Positions 49,966 through 61,900 of a DNA stretch of 64,000 nucleotides are shown here, piece after piece; the first letter of the stretch is position 1, and every line of letters begins with the position of its first letter. Below the pieces are notes generated by a model, which had not been told where the DNA came from, did no database searches, and saw only the letters and a program-made list of their open reading frames with translations. Source of the stretch: Haplodiscus bocki (lineage: Eukaryota); the NCBI GenBank assembly GCA_965655095.1, contig OZ296648.1, forward strand, positions 147,126,001-147,190,000, read 5' to 3'. Position numbers and translations under genes: made by a program.

Positions 49966-51519
49966 AGAGAAAAGAGAAGGAAAAGTCTTGAACGAAGTGC
50001 GTTGTCGGGGGAAACATGCTCTCAGCGGAAAGAAAAGAACAAATTGAACGCAAAGAATGGCGTGGTTTAAGGAAGAAGCAGGTTGAAGCGCAGAAAAGAA
50101 AACGCAAAAGTTTTTGGATAAGCAATCTTTGAAGAAGAAACAGTTTAGTAGACAAACATTCAGCAAAACACTGCAGAAAATGAGAGTTAGAAAAACAATT
50201 GGGAAGAAACAATTTTTCAGCGCTGATGTTGTTTTAGAATACAATAAGAAAAGCAAAAGAAGGGACAAGCCAGGTAAATGTGCAATATGCAAAGAGATTA
50301 GTTTAAAGTTGCCTGGGGGTGACATCTAAAGAAATAAAAAAAAACGCCTCTCATCATTTTATATAGTAACCCTGCTTTGGGTGCTACGATTTCCATAAAT
50401 ACTTTTCTAGGAATTAAGGGGAAAACCTCGTAAATTGCCACAAATAAAGTGGGCCGTTAAGGTGGGTATTATTAGGACAATTCTTTTTGTACATGAAGTA
50501 AACTAAATTACAACAAACAATAATAGTTCTGAAATACAAATATATTTTTTGTTGAGAGAAAAGAGAAGGAGAGGGGAGCTTTCAGTTTTTTCAAAAAGAT
50601 CAGAGAAAGTATTTTTTTGTTATGCGGTTTGCCTCTCCTGCTGTCTTTTGCAAAACAGATGGTCATTGTGTCGCGTTCTAGCTAACGTTTAAAGAGATAT
50701 ATTATATTTCTTAAATACGTGCAGTAAGCCATTAAACAGGAAATGACTAATGTTTAACAAGAGAATTGCGTGTGTTACTGACAAACATGGGAGCTGAACT
50801 GGTGAAGAATAATGCGGTATGAAGGAAGGCTGAAGGAATGGAATTGCACAAGAAAAAGAAGAAAACAAAAATTCTAAAAGCGTTGGAACGCAGTTCAACA
50901 CTATTGGCTCAACGACTGGTCACGAAGTATAACTCCATTTTGGCTCAACGATGCTTTTGGCTCAACGACCTGTCACGAAGTATAACTCGGTTTTGCAGCT
51001 AGTACGGGAAATGCGGCCACTACTTACTTACTCGCTCACCGGACGGCAGCCTTACTTCTTTCCCTTTTACCTTACCTTACTCTCTTCTTTCCTTTTACAT
51101 TACTCCCTTTCCCTTTTACCTTACCTTCTCTTCCTTCTTGCTGGTTAAAATTAATCTGATTTCTCTTCCCTCTTTCCACGGGTGAAAATATTCTAAGACC
51201 ATTCCAAATTGTGTCTTAGCCAAATTCCAATCGCATCTCATCGAAAATATTCTAACATAATTCCATATCGTGTCTTAGCCAAATTCCTATCGCATCTCGT
51301 CGAAAATATTCCAAGACAGTTCTAAATTGTATCTTAGCCGAATTTCTTCTCCTTTGCTTATTTACTCTATACTCTTTTCATCGAAGTATAAACGGTGTGC
51401 ACTAACGCTAGCTTCGGTATTAGCGTGCGCCGATTCCGTGGATGAACTTCGGTTCTGAAACAAGAGTGGATCTTAATTTGCACAACTCTTGCCATCGGTG
51501 TATAAACGGTGTCCACAAA

Positions 51520-52880
51520 CACCAAAGACTTTTTCGCCTGCAGATTTTGTCTTATCCGCAAATCATCAATTTTGTGGAACTATTCAAAGTTTATCGCGTG
51601 CAAAATTGTCCTAGCCGCAAATCAACAATATCCTGGAAATATCCAAAGACTTTTTCGCCTGCAGAATTGTCTTAGCCGCAAATCAACAAAATCCTGGAAA
51701 TATTCAAAGACTTTTTCGCTTGCAGAGTTGTGTTAGCCGCAAATCAACAAAATCCTGGAAATATTCAAAGACTTTCTCGCCTGCAGAATTGTCTTAGCCA
51801 CAAATCAGCAATATCCTGGAAATATCCAAAGAGTGTTTCGCCTGCAGATTTGTCTTAGCCGCAAATCATCAATATCGTGGAAATATTCAAAGAGTTTTCC
51901 GCCTGCAGAATTGTCCTAGCCGCAAATCAACAATATCGTGGAAATATTCAAAAAGTTTTTCGCCTGCAGAATTGTCTTAGCCGCAAATCAACAAAATCCT
52001 GGAAATATTCAAAGACTTTCTCCCCTGCAGAATTGTCTTAGCCACAAATCAGCAATATCCTGGAAATATCCAAAGAGTGTTTCGCCTGCAGATTTGTCTT
52101 AGCCGCAAATCATCAATATCGTGGAAATATTCAAAGAGTTTTCCGCCTGCAGAATTGTCCTAGCCGCAAATCAACAATATCGTGGAAATATTCAAAAAGT
52201 TTTTCGCCTGCAGAATTGTCTTAGCCGCTAATCAACAAAATCCTGGAAATAATCAAAGACTTTTTCGGCTGCAGAATTGTCTTAGCCGCAAATCATCATT
52301 ATCCCGAAAATAATCAGAGTTTTTCGCGTGCAGAATTGTCTTAGCCGCAAATCATCAATATCGTGGAAATATCCAAAGAGTGTTTCGCCTGCAGATTTGT
52401 CTTAGCCGCAAATCATCAATATCGTGGAAAAAGTCAAAGAGTTTTCCGCCTGCTGAATTGTCCTAACCGCAAATCAACAATATCGTGGAAAAAATCAAAG
52501 AGTTTTTCGCCTGCAGAATTGTCTTGGCCGCAAATAAACAGTCTCCTGGAAATATTCAAAGACTTTTTCGGCTGCAGAATTTTCTTAGCCGCAAATCATC
52601 ATTATCCCAAAAAAAATCAGAGTTTTTCGCGTGCAGAATTGTCTTAGACGCAAATGAACAATATCCTGGAAATATTCAAAGACTTTTTTGCCTGCAGAAA
52701 TGTTTTAGCCGCAAATCATGAAAATCCTGGAAATATTCAAAGACTTTTTCGCCTGCAGATTTGTCTTAGCCGCAAATAATCATTATTCTGGAAATATTCA
52801 AAGACTTTTTCGATTGCAGAATTGTCTTAGCTGCACGTCATCAATATCCGGAAAAATTTCAAAGAAGTTTTTCGTCTGCA
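51520..52880. repeat. 61-bp tandem satellite inside the 5' LTR (~22 units)
   Basis: Unit gcctgcagaattgtcttagccgcaaatcatcaatatcctggaaatattcaaagactttttc. About 9 units at 49400-49965 and about 3-4 units at 57470-57680. Confidence 0.95.
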
Positions 52881-53050
52881 AGCAGCACTCCAGCAACCAG
52901 AAGGAATCATCCAGTAACCAGCAGCAACCAGCAGCAACCAGCAGTATCCCGGCCGCAACCAGCAATCATCCAGCAAACACTAGCAACTAGCGGCGACCAG
53001 CAACAAGCAGTAGCAACCATCAGCAATCAGCAGTAATCAACAGCAGCCAA
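52880..53050. repeat. CAG/CAA-rich ~10-bp microsatellite-like tract in the LTR (also 57680-57860)
   Basis: cagcaaccag / cagcaatcag units. Confidence 0.85.
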
Positions 53051-53452
53051 CACTAACACGACCAATGCTAGCTTCTAACGTAAAAGACCATATGAGTAAT
53101 TCCCCATTCCACACGCGCAGTCATATTTCCTCCACGGTTCAACAAATTGAATTGTCATTGTTTATAATTTAATTTTCTTTTGTATTCTTTTTCATAGCTC
53201 ACAAGTCCTTGCTTGAATTCACGCAATCCCTTTGTGCGCACGTTGAGCAAGGCACCGTAATGAGACTTATAAATAACAACCGTCGCTATAGCATAGTAGT
53301 GCTGACTGAGTCAAACGCCAGCACAACTGAGTAAATATTAGATTTTTAATACCCCTACCACGTACGACAAATTAGTGCGACCAGTGTGGCATATCTAAAG
53401 TGAGCAAAAAGTTCTTGGTGCGGTTTGCTTTGGAGCTATCTTTATATGGGCT

Positions 53453-54445
53453 ATGTTTCTCTTAATATTTTTTACTACCGCTGCCAATCACTTTGCCTAT
53501 CCTTACGCCTCTTCAGACAAGTCCTCTTGCACTGAACCCGATAGAGATGCTGAATCTTGTTCACAACTGACGGAAGCTGCCACCTTGTGGAATCAGATAA
53601 AAATGAACTTCCTTACTAGATTCTCAGATGGACGAAATAAATTTCGCCATCGATTGAAAGTTAAACGTTGTTGGCCTAATGATATGAACGGTATCACAAA
53701 TGCCCAGCAATATGCAGAACGAGCTACACAAAGAAGACAACAAAAGCAAAGATACATGGACTACAGTCCGCGAGGACTTAAAACAAAATATTTACAGATA
53801 AAAGCCCAAGAACAATTAATGGAGTGCCCGAACGCTACCCGGATTGACTTTTCGACTCAAAATTTGCAAAAGAATGTCATGTTACAAGTATGCTCGAATT
53901 TTCTACACGATGTGGAAAAAATCAAAATTGAGCTGGCTACAATGCGCCAAGAAGTGAGAAACCCTCGAACAGAACTTCAGGAACACTGAGTTAATTGCAT
54001 GGAAGGAATTTTTAGAGCATGGGCTCCCACCCAAAAGGGGAACCAAAAAACTGTCCGGTTCTGTAACTACTGTCAATAAAACGGACACACACCAAAATGG
54101 TGTCGCAAAAAGATGCGAGACGAAGAAAGACGGAGAGTGCAACATGATATGTCCCTCTACAAAAATATTGCTCCTATACGGGAATACGGCACTAGTGACA
54201 CTTATTGTAGATCCCAGCACGATCAAAGCGCGGACCGATGCCTTGATTCGGACGAAATGAATATTCCCACGAATAACTTTCTATCCACCGAAGACGAAAC
54301 CTGTCAAGATGAAAATAACGATGTGATTCCTCTGGAACCGAAATTCATTTCGAAGACCAATGGCATGAGCTTCAGAATGGCACAATTCAATTCAGCTGAA
54401 GAATCTGACAATGAATTGTCCGACCCACTTCCGTTGGGCTACTGA
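53453..54445 (+). pseudogene. gag: gag (interrupted) with CCHC zinc knuckle
   Basis: ORF 53453-53989 (WNQIKMNFLTRFSDGRNKFRHRL..RGLKTKYLQ), then FCNYCQ*NGHTPKWC at ~54060-54105, then ORF 54113-54445. Confidence 0.8.
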
Positions 54446-55123
54446 AGACCTCAAGAATCCTTCTTTTAATTTTTATCCTATAGCTTTTGTATACTTTTAT
54501 ATTCCGTGATGTCAAATGTTTGTTTTTACTTTATTGGTTAAATCTAGTTCCCACCTGATTCGTCGGATCCTAACCGCCCTGATTTGATCTAGATAATTTG
54601 ATCTTTATCACAAGGAATATCATCGCAGTTATTGATTGAGATTCTTCGACGTGAATCGCGAGATGTTCAAACATCTTGCCCTGGCTTCATCGGCGCCAAT
54701 AGGCAATACCTTCGCCGTAAGTGGGCACCTATCACATCTTCATTGGAACACATGTTCACCACAAAAGTTTCGACACTTGATGGAGCCCAAAGACTCGGTT
54801 GAAAATCTACCCACTGTAGTTGTTATCCCAATACCTGCCCGTACAGCAGAATTCGACAACGTCCTTGTGACCCTCACAATTGCCGGTCGGAACTTGGCCA
54901 CTCCGACTTTGGACTCGACGGAAAATCAAAGATTGGTAAATCTCCTTGCGTATATGAAAGCTAACCTTGGGACCAACACTGGGGTGTCACTGATCAACCT
55001 ATTGCACGAAACTTGCAATCGTTACGTCCTGGAAATCAGACAGTAGACGAGCAAGGTAGGTGAGTTTTTCAAAACCCCAACGAAATCTTGACAAAATAAC
55101 AAATCTGCTTCAACACTAAACAG

Positions 55124-55267
55124 AACCCGAATAGTTGGAGATAAGTGCCAATTGGGAATTACAAATCATCAAAACCCGAACAGTTGGACATAAGTGCCAA
55201 TTGGGAACTACAAGTTATCAAAACCCGAATGGTTGGACGCGCGAGCCAACTGGGAACTACAATCATC
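55124..55267. repeat. 49-bp tandem repeat x3 between gag and env
   Basis: aacccgaa(t/c)(a/g)gttgga...gccaa(t/c)tgggaa(t/c)tacaa at 55124, 55173 and 55222. Confidence 0.85.
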
Positions 55268-55501
55268 TTATCTATGGTGGAAGTGAGGTAAATTTAATTT
55301 TTGGCACTACCGGTTTTAGCCCGGCACCCTTTACTAAAATCTCCACGTGGTTACTAGAGTAGTGTAGCGGCTCTATAAATATAGTGCTGTCGCTTCGTGT
55401 TCGTGCCAACGAAGTAGCCGGTAAAATATAATACGGCTGTTCTTTCTTTTTTGGTAGCTGTGACGAAAAATTCCACTCTACCCTTCCCATTTGCTAAGGC
55501 A

Positions 55502-55870
55502 ATGGATGTTATAAACCAGGTCTTGTTTCTAGTTATTTTAGCCAGTTTCACGAATGGCAACCTTGAAAACGCAGATTTGCAAAAAATACCCTCCCAACTC
55601 AAAGTGACACTTTACGAAATTACGACTGTGGTGAAATGACAGAGAATAGCCTCTACGCTTTAAACCAAGTTTCCAAAGGCAATATTGCTCCTGAGAACTT
55701 AGAAGTCAGTACAACAATTTCGAAGAGAAATCAACACAACAGTCTGCAGAGTCAAATACCAGAGTGAACAATGGCACGGTGGTTTTGGAGACGATTCAAG
55801 TCTGGATTCCCATCATGCAGGGATAACAACAGACTTAACCATAACAGCATCTCAATGCAGAACCTTAACG
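55502..55870 (+). pseudogene. env: N-terminal fragment of an envelope glycoprotein, chuvirus-G/herpes-gB-like (class III) pattern
   Basis: Signal peptide MDVINQVLFLVILASFTNG. After frameshifts: YDCGEMTENSLYALNQVSKGNIAPENLEVS and FRREINTTVCRVKYQSEQWHGGFGDDSSLDSHHAGITTDLTITASQCRTL. Located just upstream of the 3' LTR. Confidence 0.65.
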
Positions 55871-56059
55871 ACTTTTAACTTCTTCCCACACAGCAAGATG
55901 TTCAGCAAAACTGAAAACTTTCTTTTAATCAATACTTTATATTTGGAGATAAAATTCACCGACCTACCCAAACCGGGAGGCGCCACAGCTTCCACACCCC
56001 GACCGTCCCTTTTATGGAACCCCCCAGTCGTTTTTCTATCCTTTTGACCCCGTAGAGTT

Positions 56060-58175
56060 CTTGCGTTATAGCTAACGCTTAAACAGATTTATTATATTTC
56101 TTAAATACGTGCAGTAAGCTAATAAATAAGGAAATTACTAATGTTTAACAAGAGAAATGCTTGTGTTACTGACTAAAATGGGAGCTGAGCTGGTGAAGAA
56201 TAATGCGGTATGAAGGAAGGCTGAAGGAATGGAATTGCACAAGAAAAGGAAGAAAGCAAAAATTCTAAAAGCGCTGGAACGCGGTTCAACACTATTGGCT
56301 CAACGACTGGTCACGAAGTATAGTTCCATTATGGCTCAACGACGCTATTGGCTCAACGACTTGTCACGAAGTATAACTCCATTTTGCAGCTAGTACAGGA
56401 AATGCAGCCATTACTTACTTACTCGCTTACTGGACAGCAGCCTCACTTCTTTCCCTTTTACCTTATCTTACCCTCTTCTTTCCTTTTACATTACTCCCTT
56501 TCCCTTTTACCTTACCTTCTCTTCCTTCTTGCTGGTTAAAATTAATATGATTTCTCTTCCGTCTTTCCTCGGATGAAAATAATCTAAGAAAATTTCAAAT
56601 TGTGTCGTAGCCAAGTTCCAATCGCATCTCATCGAAAATTTTCTAACATAATTCCAAATTGTGTCTTAGCCTAGTTCCAATCGCATCTCATCGAAAATAT
56701 TCTAAGACAGTTCTAAATTGTATCTTAGCCGAATTCATTGTCCTTTGTTTATTTACTCTATACTCTTGCCATCGAAGTATAAACGGTGTCCACCAACGCT
56801 AGCTTCGGTATTAGCGTGTGTTGATTCCGTGGATGAACTTGGTTCTGAAACAAGAGTGGATGTTAATTTGCACAACTCTTGCCATCGGAGTATTAACAGT
56901 GTCCACTAACGCTAGCTTCGGTATTAGCGTGTGCAGATTCCGCTGACGAGCTCCGGTTCTGAAGCATGAGTTGATCTTAAACTGCACGGCCCCCACGAGG
57001 TTGCTAGGAAAGAGAATTGACGTTACTCATAGATCAAATCTCACCTCGTCTGCGTCCGTGGGATTTAGAAATCAATCTAAATTCCATGATACGGATCAAA
57101 TAAGCAGAAACCGTCCCTTTTCCAAACTTCGAACTTTTCGTACCGACTAGATAATCTTCATTAACCTTACTATTTGCGGCGCTCTCCTATTAGTCGATTA
57201 CTCGATTACGTCATAATAGGGTATAAATATACGCTACTCTCTTACTTTTTTCATTCGCTTTCCTACCGTCAACTGGCCTAAATCCCCGAGGCGAAACTCT
57301 CTTTCACTTTCCTCTCATAATATTTCTAGAGCTCAATTCTTGCTCCTAAAATATTCTAAAACAATTTCAAAACTTGTTTTTGCCAAATTTCTTCATCGCC
57401 TCTTCGAAATATTCTAAGACAATTTTAAAACTTGTCTCTGCCAAATTTCTTCATCGCCTTTCCGAAAATTTTCAAGGACTTTTTCGCCTGCAGAATTGTC
57501 TTATTTGCCAGTAAATAATATCTTGGAAATTTTCAAAGACTTTTTCGCCTGCAGAATTGTCTTAGCCGCAAATCATCAATATTCTGGAAATATTCAAACA
57601 CTTTTTCGCCGGCAGAATTGTCTTAGCCGCAAATCATCGAAATCCCGAAAATGTTCAAAGAACTTTTTGGCCTGCAAGCAGCACTCCAGCAACCAGCAGC
57701 AATCATCCAATAACCAGCAGCAACCAGCAGCAACCAGCAGCAACAAGCAGTATCCCAGCCACAACCAGCAATCATCCAGAAACCAGCAGCAACTAGCAGC
57801 GACCAGCAACAAGCAGTAGCAACCATCAGCAATCAGCAGTAATCAACAGCAGCCAACACCAACACGACCAATGCTAGCTTCTAACGTAAAAGACCATATG
57901 AGTAATTCCCCATTCCATACGCGCAGTCATACTTCCTCCACGGTTCAACAAATTGAATTGTCACTGTTTATAATTTAATTTTCTTTTGTATTCTTCTTTT
58001 TAGCTCACAAGTCCTTGCTTGAATTCACGCAATCCCTTTGTTCACACGTTAAGCAAGGCACCGTAATGAGACTTATAAATAACAACCATCGCTAAAGCAT
58101 AGTAGTGCTGACTGAGTCAAGCGCCAGCACAACTGAGTAAATAATAGATTTTTAATACCCCTACCACGTGCAACA
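56060..58175 (+). repeat. 3' LTR (~2.1 kb)
   Basis: Homologous to 50669-53369, e.g. ORF pair 50951-51148/56348-56539 and a shared 3' end taatacccctaccacgt. Has an extra block (~56900-57470) and a shorter satellite. Confidence 0.9.
57218..57232 (+). promoter_or_regulatory. TATA-box-like motif in the 3' LTR-specific block
   Basis: agggtataaatatac, followed ~25 nt later by the Inr-like tcattc. Confidence 0.4.
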
Positions 58176-58999
58176 ATTGAGACGGAAAAGAAATGGTTGA
58201 TCAGAAAAGAAACTGCTGGGTGGCTGTTTCTCGAAAAGATCTACATCACTATTTGTGGCAGGAAACGAGTGATGACTGATAAGAACCATCAGTCATTTTG
58301 CACAAAAAAACAGGCATGAGGGACGAGTTGTTGACAGAATTACTTTGAATATGATGAGCAAAGAACTGACTAATGCTGCTGGCCTAGAGAGCCTGGACAA
58401 AGTGGAGCGAAAAAAATGAGTGAAAATTTTAGAAAGATGGCGTTCTAGAAGGTCCATTATTAAAATAAATTTAAAGTAACGTTTTGTTTTGTTGGGTTTC
58501 ACAGTGATCTGCGGGGTCACATCGGCAACTAAGAATTTTTGACTCTGATGCCCTTGCCATATACCGGTTTCCAGTCAATTTCTTTAAAGACAGCAGATCA
58601 AAATTAGCACCATTACTGTTGAACTAATTCGACGGACAGTCCAAAATATAGTGTTAGAAAACTTTGGTGAGAACCAAATTGAATTAAAGCACAGGTTAGT
58701 AGTCCAAATACAACCTAAGCAAAGAAAAAAGAAACTTCTGTTTTTGGAGCAAAGACAAAGACCAGAACGCACTGGATGGGTTGGACTGGACAAAAACTGG
58801 GAGTCATAAAAGATATGGGTGACAGCATCATTTGAGCCCAAGTTTATTCCAAAAGACCGGTAAACGAATTGAAAAGAAAATCGAAGATACGATTCATATG
58901 AGAGATAGCAATTGAACTCTAAGAAGTGGAAATGTCGTGGCAAGCGAAAGGCAGAATCAAACAATCGTACAATAGAAAACACACTCCAATCCGTTTACA

Positions 59000-61900
59000 C
59001 ACAGTTTTTGCATGAGATTTGAACAAAATGGCCTCGAAGGCACATGTAGAAGAAAGGGAAACTTGAGAGAACAGAACTTATTGTCTAGCAGGAAAACCGT
59101 AAAGAAGGATACGTCGGAGAAGATTGCAATGGACTCCGCAAAAAGCAACACCTTTCCTTTTCGACTGCAAAGCTTAAACAACGATCATGAAAATGTCAAT
59201 ACCAGGACTTTCAAAACAAACTGAGGACGGCAAATTGATGAAGTATGGCTATCAAATCTAGACATGCATTTCACTTAGAAGCAATTGAAATGCCAGGAAA
59301 TTCAAAAGACCTTTCGCTCATTGACAGCAACACTGCGGGTGATTTTATTTGGTGGAAAACATTCAGAAAACATTTCCAAACACTGACAGGTCTTCACACA
59401 AATTTCCTGAAATGATTGGGAAAGCTTTGGTATATACAATCCAAGACCTGCCAAAACGCTACAAAACTTTGAAAAACCAGGCAAGAAGGGAAAAAGAAAG
59501 GATTGAAGTAAGTCCTAAGAACAGATGATCTATAGAAAACCGTCGACGGTCATTCAGCAAACACCGTTATAATCAAACCGCTAAACTAGGCCACAACCAG
59601 GAAACAAAAAAGTTGTTAAGGAATAGCGATAACTAATACATTACGGTGATTAACGAAAATCAGGCGACGAAAAGAAGAAATTTATGCGTCATTATCATCA
59701 AAAAATTGAAAGCTTGAACTAGACGAAAATGCTGTAGTTTTGGCAAAGCTCAAACAGTAGTTGAGTTGAAAAGATGTTTCCAATAGCCAACAGATGTGGC
59801 AAATGGTTTGTTAAATTTCAACAAATAACATAAACAAAACGACTAGCTGACACTGGCATATTTTTCTCCCAATTACAAAGTTTTTGTTCAACCTGTACAA
59901 ACAGTTTGAAAACGAGAATTCTGTTTTGAATCTAGTTTTCAAACGTTTTCTGCAAACATCAATTCCATCTCTGAATTCTACAATTCTTGGCATTATAGTC
60001 TTATCAGGGCTCCGAAGCAAAGTACTGAACCCGAAGTTTTTTTCTGAATCACTTTTTCAAAATTTAAAACCATCTTGTGAGATCATGATAGTGGAAATTT
60101 GACCAGTACCTTCAGAGAAAATGAGTTTGATTAGGGAGGAAAGCCAGTAAAAGTCGCACTTTTGCCAATTTCAGCCTATGAGATTACGAATGCAGGGAAC
60201 AAAATTTGGAATATATTTATCGAGTGACTTTTTACACAGATTAAACAGTCTATTGATACCTTAGTGGAAGAAGTCCAATTGGTAGTTTTGGAGAGAAGAG
60301 TTGAATTCTCAAGAAGAACCACATGCATAAGCAAACTTTGGAATTCTCAGCCAACCAAATTTCCGCTAGGAGCAATAAAACTTTACGTTTCTCAGTTCAG
60401 AAATATTCAAATTGAATAACTTGTCGGTTAACATTTTGGTGAAAAAATGCAGCCGGAACCTCTGGAAAGAATTAGTTCCGATACAACAAAGCGTCGTACA
60501 CATACATACCTTCTGGCAAAACAAGCCTATCAACTTTGCGAAGAATGAAAAGAAAAACAGGAAACAGATTTTCAGCCATCTTTTACAAAACCTTGTGAAT
60601 TGAGACCTTGACGGAAGAAAAGCAAAGAGTGGCTCTGAGCAAAACCGAGTTTGAAGATCAAGACGAGTCCGACTATTATTCAATTTTTAGCTTGTTTGGT
60701 ACATCAAATTTCCATTGCAAGTAACTAGAGGCTTTGTTTGGCAAACAAGAAACTTTTTACGAGTAGACAAATGGCACTTGATTCCCTGATGCACGAAATA
60801 CAGCCATTAGTTTTGGTGAGCAAAAGGTTTGATTCTTGGGAAAAATTGAAAATTTTTCTGCAAAGTATCAACGAACCAATCAGCTTCAACTTGAAATAAA
60901 ATACTCTGAAACTAAAAAAGTATTAGAATACTAAACAAAACCAATGAATCTTCACCAAAAGCCTACCGCTGATGAAACCCAGTTTTATACAGAACAGAAT
61001 CAAGACTAGAAGCGCTTTACAAATACAGCGAAAAAGAACTCAACTAAAACAAGACAGCGGTATAGTCACCTGGCCTGGTCAGAATACGCCGAGCCGGAAC
61101 CACTGAATATTGGCGAACACACCAACGGTATTAGCCGACCAAAGATTGATTTAGCTAATTTGGCACGGAAAATGGATGAAAAAGCACTGATCTTGAATTC
61201 TCAATTCAATAGAAGACAGAGAATGAAAAGTGAAAATCTCGGTGTGTTTGAAACGGGGAAACTTTTGAAGACACAATTTTTCCGGGAACCGGAAATAGTA
61301 GGTGGATCAACACCCGTATGAGTGACTAGGAGCCAGAACTGAAGAAAATTTTGACAATTTTTATGTCTCGTTTTTACAGTTTTCCGAACAAGTTGTTTAT
61401 TGCCATAAAATCGATGGTAAAGGTGGAAGAAGAAGCCATGTAGGAACATTAAAATGAAAAAGATACCAAACTCATTAAAGAAGTATGTTTGAAAGATGAG
61501 AAACAATCGAAATGACAGACCAAGGTAAGTTTTCGCGCGAACAGTTTGTGTAATGTAAAAAGTTGTTTCTAAATCAGGTTGGTAAGGATGCTGAATGAAG
61601 GTTTCACAAACCGTTCTAAAGAATCAATACCAGAATCAACTTGAGTAGTGGACATCGGGAGGTCAGTAAGGGTGGGTAGATGAGTAAGCATATGAGCCAA
61701 GAAGTCAGGAAAATGGATTTTTTAAAAGATGGAACTTCACGACAGCTGGCTGAATTGCTACGATTTTTATGGTTAGTACTGGTCGATCGACGTCCACAAG
61801 AAAGAGTAACAACGTAACGATTACATCCTTTAAGTTTTATGTTTGATGTCGTTGGCGAAACTACATCGGATTTTGTTAAGGTGTACGATTCATGTGCCAA

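Larger units (their letters stand above)
50669..53369 (+). repeat. 5' LTR (~2.7 kb)
   Basis: tgtcg...cgaca inverted termini; followed by the PBS-like aattagtgcgaccagtg. Confidence 0.9.
50669..58175 (+). mobile_element. Non-autonomous env-bearing Gypsy-type LTR retroelement (LTR-gag-env fragment-LTR, no pol), 4-bp TSD ATTG
   Basis: attg|tgtcgcg... at the left end and ...cacgtgcaaca|attg at the right end; two homologous long LTRs; 2.7-kb internal region with gag and env relics only. Confidence 0.9.

Noticed and set aside
49400-52880. CRISPR-like array
   Set aside because: Units are contiguous 61-bp tandem monomers with no unique spacers and no cas genes, in a eukaryotic LTR context.
57496-57819. 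Poly-Q protein ORFs (also 52718-52990)
   Set aside because: Chance translation of satellite and CAG-rich LTR repeats; the frame is not conserved between the two LTRs.
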